Part shown: one piece after another, positions 47,757 through 57,749 of the stretch
Layout of the letters: the number at the start of each line of letters is the position of its first letter
Numbering within the stretch: position 1 is the first letter of the stretch
Assembly (NCBI GenBank): GCA_021820105.1
Contig: JAKAED010000001.1
Span: 11,534-75,533 of the forward strand
Reading direction: 5' to 3'
DNA length: 64,000 nucleotides
Source of the DNA: Actinomycetes bacterium
GTDB taxonomy: Bacteria > Actinomycetota > Thermoleophilia > Solirubrobacterales > Solirubrobacteraceae
Program-made: the position numbers and the translations under genes
The notes under the pieces: model-generated
The model's database searches: none
What the model was told of the DNA's origin: nothing
The model's input: the letters and a program-made list of their open reading frames with translations, nothing else

Positions 47757-48812
47757 TCACCGCCACCAGGCGTTCAGCACCCTGCGCCAGTTGTTCCAGG
47801 CAATGGCGCGGATCTCCTCTGGGCTGAAGCCATCCGCGGCCAGCGCGTCCAGCAGCTTCGGGTAGCCGGCGACATCGCCCAGGGCGGTCGGCACGGTGGT
47901 GCCGTCAAAGTCAGAGCCAAACGCGACGTGCTCGATCCCGATGCGATCAGCGATGTGGCGGATGTGCTGGACGATCAGCGAGAGCGGTGTGTGCTCGGGG
48001 TCGTCGGCGAAGTCGGGGCGCAGGAAGTAACAGGCGAACACCACCCCGACGAGCCCGCCGCTGGCGCCGATGGCGTCCAGTTGCGCGTCGGTCAGGTTGC
48101 GTGAGCAGGCTGAGATCGCATGCACGCCTGCGTGGCTGACGGTCAGCGGGCCGATGTCCAACCGCGCGACGTCCCAGAAGCCGGCTTCGTTCAGGTGGCT
48201 GAGGTCGACCGCGATGCCAAGGTCTGCGGAGCGCTGGACGAGCCGCTTGCCGGCCGGAGTGAGTCCGGGGCCTGTGTCGGGGGTCGCTGGGAAGGCGAAC
48301 GGAACGCCATGGCCAAAGGCGTTGGGCCGGCTCCAGACGGGCCCGAGCGAGCGCAGACCGGCCGCATGCCATGTATCGAGGTCCTCAAGCGCCGGGTCAA
48401 TCGCCTCGGCTCCTTCCAGGTGCAGGACGACCGCGGGCCGTGACGGCGACTCAGCGGCCGCGTCGATGTCGGCGATTGAGCGTGCGACGCGCACGTGCCC
48501 CTCGCGCTCGAGGCGCAGCAGACGGCCGGCGGCCGCCAGACTCTCCGCGGCGGCACGGGCATGCTGCACCCTGCGACCAGGCGGACCGCTGTAGCCACCG
48601 CCCGGCTGCGGGTGCGGCCTGGCCGCGTCATCGCGCGATTCGACGAAGACGGCAAAGATCCCACCCCGTACTCCGGCGGACCGCATCCTCGGGAGATCGA
48701 GGTGGCCGCTGGGGCTGCCGGTGGCCAGGTGGCCGTGGTGTGGCGCGGTGAGCGCGTCGTTGTGCCCGTCGAAGATCGGTGTCGTCGCTGGTGGTGCGGG
48801 CTCGGTCGGCAC
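47757..48812 (-). CDS. Membrane dipeptidase (M19) family
   Basis: FDGHND, HLEG, DLSH, SH, RNL.D, GSDFDG. Confidence 0.9.
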   Translation of the reverse strand: MPTEPAPPATTPIFDGHNDALTAPHHGHLATGSPSGHLDLPRMRSAGVRGGIFAVFVESRDDAARPHPQPGGGYSGPPGRRVQHARAAAESLAAAGRLLRLEREGHVRVARSIADIDAAAESPSRPAVVLHLEGAEAIDPALEDLDTWHAAGLRSLGPVWSRPNAFGHGVPFAFPATPDTGPGLTPAGKRLVQRSADLGIAVDLSHLNEAGFWDVARLDIGPLTVSHAGVHAISACSRNLTDAQLDAIGASGGLVGVVFACYFLRPDFADDPEHTPLSLIVQHIRHIADRIGIEHVAFGSDFDGTTVPTALGDVAGYPKLLDALAADGFSPEEIRAIAWNNWRRVLNAWWR

Positions 48813-48846
48813 GCCGTCATTGTCGTCTAACTGCGAGCATGGGTGG

Positions 48847-49800
48847 GTGACGGTGCGCGAATCGCAGCTTGGCTTCTATCCCTGCCTGACCGTTGGCGGC
48901 GGCATGCCGCTGGTTGTGCTCGCCGGTCTCCTGCCGGCTGCCGGCGTCGCTCCCGGACTGCTGCGCGGTCAGCACGAACGCACAGCAGCGCTGTTCGCGC
49001 GCGGGCGCCAGGTCTTTTACGTGAACCGCAGGCCACGCATGCCGCGTGGCGCCACCATGGCTGAGATCGCCGCTGAGCACGCCGCCGCCATGCGGATGAG
49101 CTTCGGTCGCCCGGTGGACCTACTGGGGGTGTCGACCGGTGGCAGCATCGCGCAGCAGATCGCGGCCGAGCACCCAGACGTGGTGAGGCGACTGGTCCTG
49201 ATCAGCACCGGCTGCCGGCTCGGACCGGCGGCGGCTCTGGTGCAGCGTCAGGTGGCGGCGCGAGTACGAGCCGAAGCGATCCCGCAGGCCTGTGCCGTGA
49301 TCGCCGCCGATCTGGCTCCTGTCGGCCCGCTCGCGCTGCTGGCTGGAGCGGCCGGTCGCCTTGTCGGCCCGCGCCTGCTGGGACGCGAGGGGCTTGACGA
49401 CATGGCGACGATGGCTGAGGCCGAGGACAGCTTCGACCTGGCCCGCCTGCCGCCGATTCAGGCGCCGACACTGATCATCGGCGGCGGGCGGGACCGTTAC
49501 TACGAGACGAGCCTCGTCGAGGAGACCCGGCGGCTGATCCCCAACTGCCGGGTTGAGATTCTGCCCCTGCTCGGCCACATCACCGTGCTCTCACACCCGC
49601 GGACGCTTCGCAGCGTCAGTGAGTTCCTGTCTGCTGGACAAAGTAGTGCCCCTGCTCCAGGTCCGCGATCAGGCCCGGGTGCTCAGGGGTCCAACCGAGG
49701 CTGTCACGCGTCTGCAGCGCAGATGTCGGGTTATCCTCGCCGACGAACGGTGCCAGGAACGCGAAGTACTCCTCAGCTTCCTCGGCGGGGATGCTCCTGA
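48847..49800 (+). CDS. Alpha/beta-fold hydrolase with C-terminal read-through extension
   Basis: GVSTGG nucleophile elbow, GGRD, GH; start uncertain. Confidence 0.75.
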   Translation: MTVRESQLGFYPCLTVGGGMPLVVLAGLLPAAGVAPGLLRGQHERTAALFARGRQVFYVNRRPRMPRGATMAEIAAEHAAAMRMSFGRPVDLLGVSTGGSIAQQIAAEHPDVVRRLVLISTGCRLGPAAALVQRQVAARVRAEAIPQACAVIAADLAPVGPLALLAGAAGRLVGPRLLGREGLDDMATMAEAEDSFDLARLPPIQAPTLIIGGGRDRYYETSLVEETRRLIPNCRVEILPLLGHITVLSHPRTLRSVSEFLSAGQSSAPAPGPRSGPGAQGSNRGCHASAAQMSGYPRRRTVPGTRSTPQLPRRGCS

Positions 49801-50539
49801 CCGGAACGTCGAGCTTGCGGCCGATGGTCTCGGCGATCTCGCGGAAGGCGATCCCTTCATCACCGACGGCGTGCAGGCGAGTGCCCGCCGGCGCTGCCTC
49901 GAGTGCGAGCCGATAGATCCGGGCGGCGTCACGCGTGTGTCCCGCCGGCCAGCGGTTGCTCCCGTCACCGAGGTATGCGGCGTAACCCCTGGCGCGGGCG
50001 ATGCCGATCAATGCTGGAATGAAGCCGTGGTGATCAATGTCGCTGTGCACGGTGGGAGGGAGGCGCACCACCGATGAACGCACTCCCTGGGCCGCCAGGG
50101 AGATGAGGTGATTCTCGGTATCGACCCGGGGGCCACCGGAGATCACGTCATGCTCGGTGCCGGTGCGCCCTGAGATGCCGCCGCGGGCGAGCATCAGCGT
50201 CCCAGATGTGCCGACAAACGGTTTACCCGAGCCCGACAGCGCCTCCCCGATGGCAGAGACAGCCGCAAAATCGGACTCCACGGCACCCATCCAGTTCCCG
50301 CTTGCCATCCAGTCGTGTTTGAACGCGAGGTGGATGACGCCGTCAGCCTGAGCGGCCGTCGTGGCCAGAACATCATGCTCGTCGAGGGTTCCGCGCACAA
50401 CGTTGGCGCCGGCAGCCGCAATCTTGGCGGCCGCCTGATCTGAGCGGGCCAGGCCGAGAACCTGATGCCCGGCGTCCTGCAGTTCCGAGATCAGGGCTGA
50501 GCCGATGTGTCCGGATGCGCCGGTGACGAAGACCTGCAT
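49616..50539 (-). CDS. NAD(P)-dependent epimerase/dehydratase (extended SDR)
   Basis: VFVTGASGHIG, VIHLAF, VRLPPTVH; GGAGG RBS. Confidence 0.9.
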   Translation of the reverse strand: MQVFVTGASGHIGSALISELQDAGHQVLGLARSDQAAAKIAAAGANVVRGTLDEHDVLATTAAQADGVIHLAFKHDWMASGNWMGAVESDFAAVSAIGEALSGSGKPFVGTSGTLMLARGGISGRTGTEHDVISGGPRVDTENHLISLAAQGVRSSVVRLPPTVHSDIDHHGFIPALIGIARARGYAAYLGDGSNRWPAGHTRDAARIYRLALEAAPAGTRLHAVGDEGIAFREIAETIGRKLDVPVRSIPAEEAEEYFAFLAPFVGEDNPTSALQTRDSLGWTPEHPGLIADLEQGHYFVQQTGTH

Positions 50540-50560
50540 GGGGACCTCCACAGGGTCGTA

Positions 50561-50613
50561 ATGACAGTTACTGACATCACTGTATCAGGTGTGACGACAG
50601 TAGCTGACATCAC
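50561..50613. promoter_or_regulatory. Two TetR operator sites between divergent SDR and tetR
   Basis: GACAGTTACTGACATCAC (50563-50580) and GACAGTAGCTGACATCAC (50596-50613), imperfect palindromes 33 bp apart. Confidence 0.75.
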
Positions 50614-50626
50614 CTAGAATCGGGTC

Positions 50627-51193
50627 ATGGGACGTTGGAGACCTGATGCCCAGGGGCGGCTCGCCGTAGCCGCCATGGAGCTGTTCACAGAGCGCGGCTA
50701 CGAGCAGACCACCGTGGCAGACATCGCCGCGCACGCTGGACTGACTGAGCGGACCTTCTTCAGGCACTTTGCTGACAAACGTGAGGTGCTGTTCCCGGTC
50801 GGCACCTGGTTTCACGACCTGTTTGTCGAACCTGTCGCGGCGGCACCCGATGACATCTCGCCGATCGGCGCGGTCACACGCGCGCTGGCGACCGCCGCCA
50901 AGACGATGGAGGCCGAACCCGGGCGCGAGAACGCCAGAGCGCGCCACCGGATCGTGGCGTCCAATCCCGACCTGCTGGAGCGCGAGGTGGGGAAGCTCGC
51001 CGGTGTCGCTGCTGCGATCGCCGCGGCCCAGCGGGGCCGCGGCGTTGAGGAGCCCGCTGCGAGCCTGACGGCCGAGCTGTGCATCGCGGCCTTCCGCGTG
51101 GCGTTTGAGCGGTGGGTTGCCGACGGCGAGACACGCAGCCTCGGCGAGCTGATCGAGGAGTCCCTGGAGGGGATCGCGGCGGCCGTTGCCTGA
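50627..51193 (+). CDS. TetR/AcrR-family regulator
   Basis: MGRW.PDA.GRL, TTVADIAAHAGLTERTFFRHF. Confidence 0.92.
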   Translation: MGRWRPDAQGRLAVAAMELFTERGYEQTTVADIAAHAGLTERTFFRHFADKREVLFPVGTWFHDLFVEPVAAAPDDISPIGAVTRALATAAKTMEAEPGRENARARHRIVASNPDLLEREVGKLAGVAAAIAAAQRGRGVEEPAASLTAELCIAAFRVAFERWVADGETRSLGELIEESLEGIAAAVA

Positions 51194-51208
51194 GGCACGC
51201 CGTTGGGC

Positions 51209-51718
51209 ATGCACGCTCAAGAGTTCAGGGTCGAGCGCGTTGAGGTCGAGCGCGTGCTGGCGCTGCGCCAGGCCGTGCTGCGGCCGCACCTCGGCCCCCA
51301 GCAGCGCTTCGAACTCCCGGATGATCGCCTTGAGAGCACCCTCTGCCTGGGGGCGGTGCTGTCTGACGGGACGGTCGTGGGAACGGCACGCCTCACGCGC
51401 GAACCGCCGCCCTTTGATGCCCGGGCGCAGCGCAGTTGGCGCCTGCGCGGGATGGCCACAGCTCCGTCCTTTCGTCGACGGGGGGTTGGCTCCGCGATCA
51501 TGCGGGTGCTTGGAGCGCACGTGTCAGCCGAGGGTGGCGGCGTGCTTTGGTGTAACGCGCGGTTGGCGGCCGTCGGTTTCTATGAGCAGGGCGGTTTGCG
51601 CCGGTGGGGTGAGGTCTGGGATGAGCCGGAGATCGGTCCACACGTGGTCATGTGGACGGAGGTCCCGGCTGCAGGCGCGGCTCGCGCCCGGGCGGCTGGC
51701 GCGGAGCACGACGGCTGA
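51209..51718 (+). CDS. GNAT acetyltransferase
   Basis: LRQAVLRP, LRGMAT..FRRRGVG, WCNAR, GFYE. Confidence 0.88.
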   Translation: MHAQEFRVERVEVERVLALRQAVLRPHLGPQQRFELPDDRLESTLCLGAVLSDGTVVGTARLTREPPPFDARAQRSWRLRGMATAPSFRRRGVGSAIMRVLGAHVSAEGGGVLWCNARLAAVGFYEQGGLRRWGEVWDEPEIGPHVVMWTEVPAAGAARARAAGAEHDG

Positions 51719-54008
51719 GGATTCGCGGGATCTCGGCTTCGACAGGCCGCTCTCGTTGGAGCGCAATCGCGCGCTCGTAGTGGCGTACCTCAAGCGGATC
51801 GCCCTCGAGCAGCCGGTAGGCCGCGGTCGTGGGTTCGAGTTTCACCAGCAGCGTGCGACCACGGAAGTGCAGCCGGAAGCTGAGGCGGGTGATCGCATCC
51901 GGCAACCGTGGCCGGAAGGCGAGTTGCCCGCGCTCGTCACGCATACCGCCGAATCCGGCAACGGCGGCCGTCCAGGCGCCGGCCAGAGAGGCGATGTGAA
52001 GACCATCGCGAACGTTGTGCTCAAGGTCGTCGAGATCCATCAGCGCCGCCTCGCGGTAGTAGGCATAGGCGAGGTCGAGGTGCCCAACCTCCGCAGCGAT
52101 CACCGCCTGGGTGCAGGCGGAGAGGGAGGAGTCACGCACCGTCAGCGGCTCGTAGTAGTCAAAGTCGGCGAGCTTCTGCGCCGGAGTGAACGACTCTGAA
52201 CACAGGTGCAGCGCGAGCACCAGGTCGGCCTGTTTGACCACCTGCTTGCGGTAGAGGTCAAAGTAGGGGAAGTGGAGCATCAGGGGGTACTGCTCAGGGG
52301 CGGTCGCGGAGAAATCCCACACCTCATGCTCGGTGAAGCCCTCCGCCTGCGGATGCACGCCGCGCTGCTCGTCGTAGGGGATCATGATCGTGGCGGCCGC
52401 ATCGCACCACGCGGATCGCTCCTCAGCATCCACACCGAGACGCTCGGCCAGATCGGGGTGACGCTGGGCCAACTCGGCCGCCGCTCGCAGGTTCCGCTGT
52501 GCCATGAGGTTGGTGTAGACGTTGTTGTCGGCCACCGCGCTGTACTCATCTGGACCGGTCACACCGTCGATCCGGAAACGGCCCTGGGCGTCATGATGAC
52601 CCAGCGACCGCCACAGCCGGGCGGTTTCAACGAGCAATTCCAATCCGACCTCGCGTTCAAACTGCGCGTCGCTGACTGCGCTCTGATAGCGCACCACGGC
52701 GGCGGCGATGTCAGCGTTGATGTGGAATGCGGCGGTGCCCGCGGGCCAGTAGCCAGAGCTCTCGTCGCCGACGATCGTGCGCCATGGGAAAGCGGCCCCG
52801 TCAAGGCGCAGCTGCCTTGCGCGAGCCCGCGCCGGTGCCAGCGTGGAGTGCCGCCAGCGCAGCGCGTCGGCTGCCGCCTGGGGAACCGTGTAGGTCAGAA
52901 CCGGCAGTACAAAGGCCTCGTTGTCCCAGAACGCATGGCCCTCATAACCAGGGCCCGTCAGGCCCTTTGCGGCGATTGCACGCTGTTCCGCGCGGGCGCC
53001 CGCCTGCAGCACATGGAAGAGCCCAAAGCGCGTGGCCTGCTGCAGTTCCGGGTCGCCCTCAAGCTCCACATCGGCCCGCTCCCAGAAGGCGTCAAGGTAC
53101 TCGCGCTGGGCTCTGAGCAGCCCCTCCCAGCCGGTCGCGGCGGCCTCGGACAGGGCGGCAGAGACCTGATCCTGCAGCGCGGGCGCTGAACGGACACCGG
53201 ACCACCCGTAGCCGATGTATTTGACGACACGCAGTGACTCTCCCGGCTGCAGCAGCGTTGAGACCACCATTCTGGCCACGTCCTCCAGCGCCTCGACCGA
53301 AGTTGTCGTCGACTCGGGTCCGTGGACCTCGTGACGCATCCCGGCGGCGATCCGGAGACCGCTGCCGACCGCGCGGTGCAGCAGGATGGCGCGCATATCG
53401 GTCGCCTCATGCAGCTCGCTCTGCAGCGGTTGTGTGGGGGCAGAGCCAGAGCGCGGATCGTCAGCGGTCTCCGGGAGCTGTTCGTTGGCGATCAGCTCCG
53501 ACTGCACGACCACCCGCACGGGCTCATCCAGAGGGGCGACCTCATAACAGATGGCCGCGATCGCGCGCTGTGCGAGTGACACCAACCGCGTTGAGTCGAC
53601 GCGCACCGACTGATGGGAGGGTGAGGTCCACTCCACTGACCTCCTCAGCACCCCGTCACGCATGTCCAGCAGACGCTCGTGGCGAAGCAGATTGCCGTAA
53701 CGAACATCAAAGGGTGAGTCACCGACCAGCAGCCTCATGATCTTGCCGTTCGTCACGTTGACCACCGTCTGGCCAATCTCCGGGTCACCGTAGCCGGCCT
53801 CCGCATAGGGAAGTGGACGCGACTCCCAGAAGCCGGCCAGGTAGGTTCCAGGCAGGCCGTGCGGCTCGCCCTCATCAAGGTTTCCGCGCAGGCCGATATG
53901 GCCGTTGGAGAGCGCAAATACCGACTCACTCTGCGCCAACCGCTCAGCGTCAAAGGAGGTCTCACGGATCACCCATGGCTCGGCTGGGAAGGCGTGTTGC
54001 GCGATCAT
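51648..54008 (-). CDS. Glycoside hydrolase family 65 (disaccharide phosphorylase)
   Basis: ESVFALSNG, KGLTGPGYEGHAFWD, VTGPDEY, KQAD, DSSLS. Confidence 0.93.
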   Translation of the reverse strand: MIAQHAFPAEPWVIRETSFDAERLAQSESVFALSNGHIGLRGNLDEGEPHGLPGTYLAGFWESRPLPYAEAGYGDPEIGQTVVNVTNGKIMRLLVGDSPFDVRYGNLLRHERLLDMRDGVLRRSVEWTSPSHQSVRVDSTRLVSLAQRAIAAICYEVAPLDEPVRVVVQSELIANEQLPETADDPRSGSAPTQPLQSELHEATDMRAILLHRAVGSGLRIAAGMRHEVHGPESTTTSVEALEDVARMVVSTLLQPGESLRVVKYIGYGWSGVRSAPALQDQVSAALSEAAATGWEGLLRAQREYLDAFWERADVELEGDPELQQATRFGLFHVLQAGARAEQRAIAAKGLTGPGYEGHAFWDNEAFVLPVLTYTVPQAAADALRWRHSTLAPARARARQLRLDGAAFPWRTIVGDESSGYWPAGTAAFHINADIAAAVVRYQSAVSDAQFEREVGLELLVETARLWRSLGHHDAQGRFRIDGVTGPDEYSAVADNNVYTNLMAQRNLRAAAELAQRHPDLAERLGVDAEERSAWCDAAATIMIPYDEQRGVHPQAEGFTEHEVWDFSATAPEQYPLMLHFPYFDLYRKQVVKQADLVLALHLCSESFTPAQKLADFDYYEPLTVRDSSLSACTQAVIAAEVGHLDLAYAYYREAALMDLDDLEHNVRDGLHIASLAGAWTAAVAGFGGMRDERGQLAFRPRLPDAITRLSFRLHFRGRTLLVKLEPTTAAYRLLEGDPLEVRHYERAIALQRERPVEAEIPRILSRRAPRQPPGREPRLQPGPPST

Positions 54009-54745
54009 CGGCTGAGCAGTTCCTCCAGGTCAGACACCACCAGGTCCGCTCCGTGCGCTCTGAGCCCGTCGGCCTGACCCACACGATCGACACCGACCAC
54101 CCAGCCGAATCCGCCGACGCGTCCCGCCTGGACGCCCGCCAGCGCATCCTCGAACACCGCCGCCTGCCGCGGCTCGACACCCAGCGCTCTGGCGCCGGCC
54201 AGGAACGTGTCCGGTGCCGGCTTACCCGGAAGGTGGTCCCGTGCGGCCACGACGCCGTCGATCACGGTGTCGAACAGCTCGCTCAGCCCAGCCGCGATCA
54301 GCACGTCATGGCAGTTCGCGCTGGAGGAGACCACTGCCCGTGACAGTCCCGCTGCCGCGGCCGCTCGGACGAAGCGGACCGAACCGGGATAGGACTCGAC
54401 GCCCCGCTCGTGGATCAGCTTCAGCAGACGTGCGTTCTTGTCGTTTCCCACACCGTGAATCGTGAGCGCGTCGGTCGGATCATCGGGATCGCCCTCCGGC
54501 AGCTCTATGTCCCGGGACCGCAGAAACGACCTGACGCCGTCAGCCCGCGGCAGGCCGTCTACGTACTCGTCGTAGTCGTCCACCTGATCAAACGCGATGA
54601 ACTCACGACCCTCTGCCACAGCACGCCGCTGCAGCAGCTCGTCAAAGGTCAGCTTCCAGGCACTGGCGTGGAGCTTGGCGGTCTGTGTGAGCACGCCGTC
54701 CAGGTCGAACAGGAGTGCGATGACGCTGTCTGGAAGACCGAACAT
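54005..54745 (-). CDS. Beta-phosphoglucomutase-family HAD hydrolase
   Basis: FDLDGVLT, VSSS, GKPAPD, FEDA; coupled to GH65; start 54745 or 54751. Confidence 0.9.
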   Translation of the reverse strand: MFGLPDSVIALLFDLDGVLTQTAKLHASAWKLTFDELLQRRAVAEGREFIAFDQVDDYDEYVDGLPRADGVRSFLRSRDIELPEGDPDDPTDALTIHGVGNDKNARLLKLIHERGVESYPGSVRFVRAAAAAGLSRAVVSSSANCHDVLIAAGLSELFDTVIDGVVAARDHLPGKPAPDTFLAGARALGVEPRQAAVFEDALAGVQAGRVGGFGWVVGVDRVGQADGLRAHGADLVVSDLEELLSR

Positions 54746-54830
54746 CCACATATCTAATACCCCCGGAACGTGTGAGTTGCGGAAGTTGGTCTTGGAGCGT
54801 GGGAGTGGCTGCACCTGCAAAGCTGCGGAG

Positions 54831-56072
54831 ATGCGCATCGAGCAACGCGGACAGGACGGCTTCGAGCTTCGCTCCGTTGCGGTGCCCGCGTTTGCGCCGG
54901 CGCTCCTCTTTGGACTCTCCGAAGGCTCGCTGCTGCCTGTGATCGTCGCCTCCACGCTGGCGCGCGGTGCAAGCACGTCAGTGGCCGCCCTGATCGGTGC
55001 ACTGCTCGGCATCGGCTCACTGATCACGAACATCCCGGCCGGCAGGCTTGCGACCGTGATCGGGGAGCGCCGCGCGATGCTGATCGCTGCGCTCATCACC
55101 GCTCTGGGGCTGCTGCTATGCGTCGTGGACATCGGTCGCGGGACGGCTTCACTGTTCGTCTACGGGCTGGGGATCCTGTTGATCGGAGCAGCCAGCTCCG
55201 TCTTCAGCCTGGCCCGCCAGTCGTACCTGACGGAGATGGTCCCGATGCGGATGCGTGCCCGGGCGCTCTCAACTCTCGGGGGGACCATGCGCATCGGCAT
55301 GTTCGCCGGCCCCTTCCTGGGAGCCGCGGCCACAAAGTTGGATGGCGTGACCGGGGCTTACCTGGTGAGCCTTGTGGCGATCGGCGGCGCCGCGGTGATC
55401 GTGCACCGGGCGCCAGAGCTCGAGTTGAGCGAGGAACATCGGCGGGCCGCCGCGAAGGTCACGACCGGCCGTGTGCTGAAGGAACATTGGCGCGTCTTCA
55501 TCACGCTCGGCCTGGGCGTGCTGCTGCTGCAGGCGATCCGTCAGACGCGACCGAGCGCGATTCCGCTGTGGGCCAGTCACATCGGTCTGACGCCCGCCGA
55601 CACGTCGATCGTCTACGGGATCGCCGGCGCCATCGACATGCTCACGTTCTACCCGGCCGGAAAGGTGATGGATCTGCGCGGGCGCAGATGGGCTGCGGTG
55701 CCCTGTGTGATGATCATGGGCACCTCCTTCCTGCTGATGCCACTCACCCACGGCTTCGTCACGCTCGTGCTCGTCGCGATGCTGATGGGTTTCGGGAACG
55801 GCATCGGCTCGGGCATCGTGATGACACTGGCCGCCGACAGTTCGCCGGCGATCGGCCGGCTGACTTTCCTCGGCGTTTGGCGTGAGCTCGCTGATTCCGG
55901 CGCGGCGATCGGACCGGTGATCCTCTCTGTGGCAACCGGTGCGGCAGGTCTCGGAACCGGAATCGTCGTCAGCGGCGGCGTCGGCTTCGCGGCGGCGGCC
56001 GCCCTGTGGACGTGGATCCCGCGTAGCGGCCGTGGCGACGCCGAGCCATCATTGGCACATGCCACAAACTGA
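54831..56072 (+). CDS. MFS transporter
   Basis: About 12 hydrophobic segments, G..MDLRGRR motif A, RARALSTLGG. Confidence 0.88.
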   Translation: MRIEQRGQDGFELRSVAVPAFAPALLFGLSEGSLLPVIVASTLARGASTSVAALIGALLGIGSLITNIPAGRLATVIGERRAMLIAALITALGLLLCVVDIGRGTASLFVYGLGILLIGAASSVFSLARQSYLTEMVPMRMRARALSTLGGTMRIGMFAGPFLGAAATKLDGVTGAYLVSLVAIGGAAVIVHRAPELELSEEHRRAAAKVTTGRVLKEHWRVFITLGLGVLLLQAIRQTRPSAIPLWASHIGLTPADTSIVYGIAGAIDMLTFYPAGKVMDLRGRRWAAVPCVMIMGTSFLLMPLTHGFVTLVLVAMLMGFGNGIGSGIVMTLAADSSPAIGRLTFLGVWRELADSGAAIGPVILSVATGAAGLGTGIVVSGGVGFAAAAALWTWIPRSGRGDAEPSLAHATN

Positions 56073-57189
56073 GGTTCCGCTGGGGATCTACATCCACGTT
56101 CCCTTTTGCGCCGCGCGCTGCGGGTACTGCGACTTCAACACCTACGTGCCGAGCGGACCAGAGCAGCCTTCTGAGTTCGTGGAGGCGGCGCTGATCGAAC
56201 TCACTCGTGCGCGCGCGGAACTCGGTGAGCGGCGGGTCAGCACCGTCTTCATCGGCGGCGGCACCCCGACGCTGCTGGGCGCCACCGAACTGCTCCGTCT
56301 GCTGAACGGCGTGGCCGAGAGGTTCGAAGTCAACGCCGACGCCGAGGTGACCACCGAGGCCAATCCGGAATCAACTGATCCGGCCCTGCTGCGGGCACTC
56401 GCCGGTGGTGGCTTCACCCGCATCTCACTCGGGATGCAGTCGGCTGCGGCACACGTCCTGAGGACGCTAGACCGTGTTCACACCACCGGGCGTGCGGTCG
56501 CGGCGGCGGTTGAGGCTCGGGATGCCGGTTTTGAACATGTTTCGCTGGATCTGATCTACGGCACTCCCGGAGAATCCGACGACGACTGGCAGAGCAGCCT
56601 CGAGGCAGCGCTCAGCGCCGGGCCCGACCACATCTCCGCCTATGCGCTCACGGTTGAGGCCGGCACCGCGATGGGCCGAGCGATCAGTCGAGGCACCGCC
56701 AAGGCCCCCGACGATGGCGCGCAGGCTCGCCGCTACGCATTCGCCGACGCGTATCTCAGCGCGCACGGTTTTGAGTGGTATGAGCTGAGTTCGTGGGCGC
56801 TGACCCCGGATGCCCGTTGCCGTCACAACCTGGGGTACTGGCGCTCTCACGACTGGTGGGGGGTCGGTCCCGGGGCGCACTCCCATGTCGCGGGGATGCG
56901 ATGGTGGAATGTGCTGCGACCGCTCGCCTACACGCAGCGACTCCGTTCCGGGAACTCGCCGGCGGCGGCGCATGAGGTTCTGAGCGCGGAGGAGCGTGCC
57001 CTGGAGACGGTGATGCTCGGTCTGCGGGAGCGGGACGGGCTGGCGCTTTCCGAACTGAGCCCCACCGCGGAGCGCGCCGTCAGGCGCGAACTCGCGCGGC
57101 GGCGCATCGTCATCAGCGACGGGAGGGTTCAGCTCACGCTGAAGGGGCGCCTCTTCGCGGATGCAGTTGTTCGAGAGCTCTCACTCTGA
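56059..57189 (+). CDS. hemW: Radical SAM heme chaperone HemW
   Basis: YIHVPFC...CGYCDFN, GGGTP, EANP, DLIYG.PG, YELS, HNLGYW. Confidence 0.9.
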   Translation: MPQTEVPLGIYIHVPFCAARCGYCDFNTYVPSGPEQPSEFVEAALIELTRARAELGERRVSTVFIGGGTPTLLGATELLRLLNGVAERFEVNADAEVTTEANPESTDPALLRALAGGGFTRISLGMQSAAAHVLRTLDRVHTTGRAVAAAVEARDAGFEHVSLDLIYGTPGESDDDWQSSLEAALSAGPDHISAYALTVEAGTAMGRAISRGTAKAPDDGAQARRYAFADAYLSAHGFEWYELSSWALTPDARCRHNLGYWRSHDWWGVGPGAHSHVAGMRWWNVLRPLAYTQRLRSGNSPAAAHEVLSAEERALETVMLGLRERDGLALSELSPTAERAVRRELARRRIVISDGRVQLTLKGRLFADAVVRELSL

Positions 57190-57234
57190 GGTCAGCTCGC
57201 AACAGGGGAGCGCTCACGCGCAGCGCCGGCGGTC

Positions 57235-57651
57235 TCACTCATCGCCATCGCCGGGACGCCTGCGCGCACGTTTGCGCAGACCCTGCACGCGCTTCTGCTC
57301 CAGTCGGCGAAGCTCGCCGCTCCTTGTCGGCTTGGTCGGCGTGCGGGGCGGATCGACCCGCAGCGCCAGTTGCAGCCGCTCCTGAAGTCGCGCCAGCGCC
57401 AGCTCGCGATTGCTGCTCTGACTGCGCGCATCCTGGGCAACAGCCGTGACCCGGGCGCCGAGTCGCGTCATGATCAACTGCTTCTGCACCTCACCCAACG
57501 CCTCGGAGGCCGCCACATCAAAGACCGCCTCGATGCGTGAGGCGGTCACGTTCGCGTGTTGGCCTCCTGGGCCGGAGGAGCGTGAGGCACGGAGCGTGAT
57601 CTCTGAGAGCGGTATCTGGACACCGTGCCCGATGGTCATTGGATCGTGCAT
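57235..57651 (-). CDS. arfB: Alternative ribosome-rescue factor B
   Basis: SRSSGPGGQHAN, RSQ..NRELA, basic tail R.PTKPTR. Confidence 0.92.
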   Translation of the reverse strand: MHDPMTIGHGVQIPLSEITLRASRSSGPGGQHANVTASRIEAVFDVAASEALGEVQKQLIMTRLGARVTAVAQDARSQSSNRELALARLQERLQLALRVDPPRTPTKPTRSGELRRLEQKRVQGLRKRARRRPGDGDE

Positions 57652-57749
57652 CGAGCCCTGACCTTAGTGGTTGACCGGCGGTGACCTGTCAGATTCCACC
57701 GGCGCCGACGCCGAGTATCTCCCCGGCCAACCCCATCCGGAGGCCAGGC

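Noticed and set aside
56059-57189. Radical SAM protein as HemN coproporphyrinogen dehydrogenase
   Set aside because: The YIHVPFC start without an N-terminal extension and the HNxxYW motif fit HemW.
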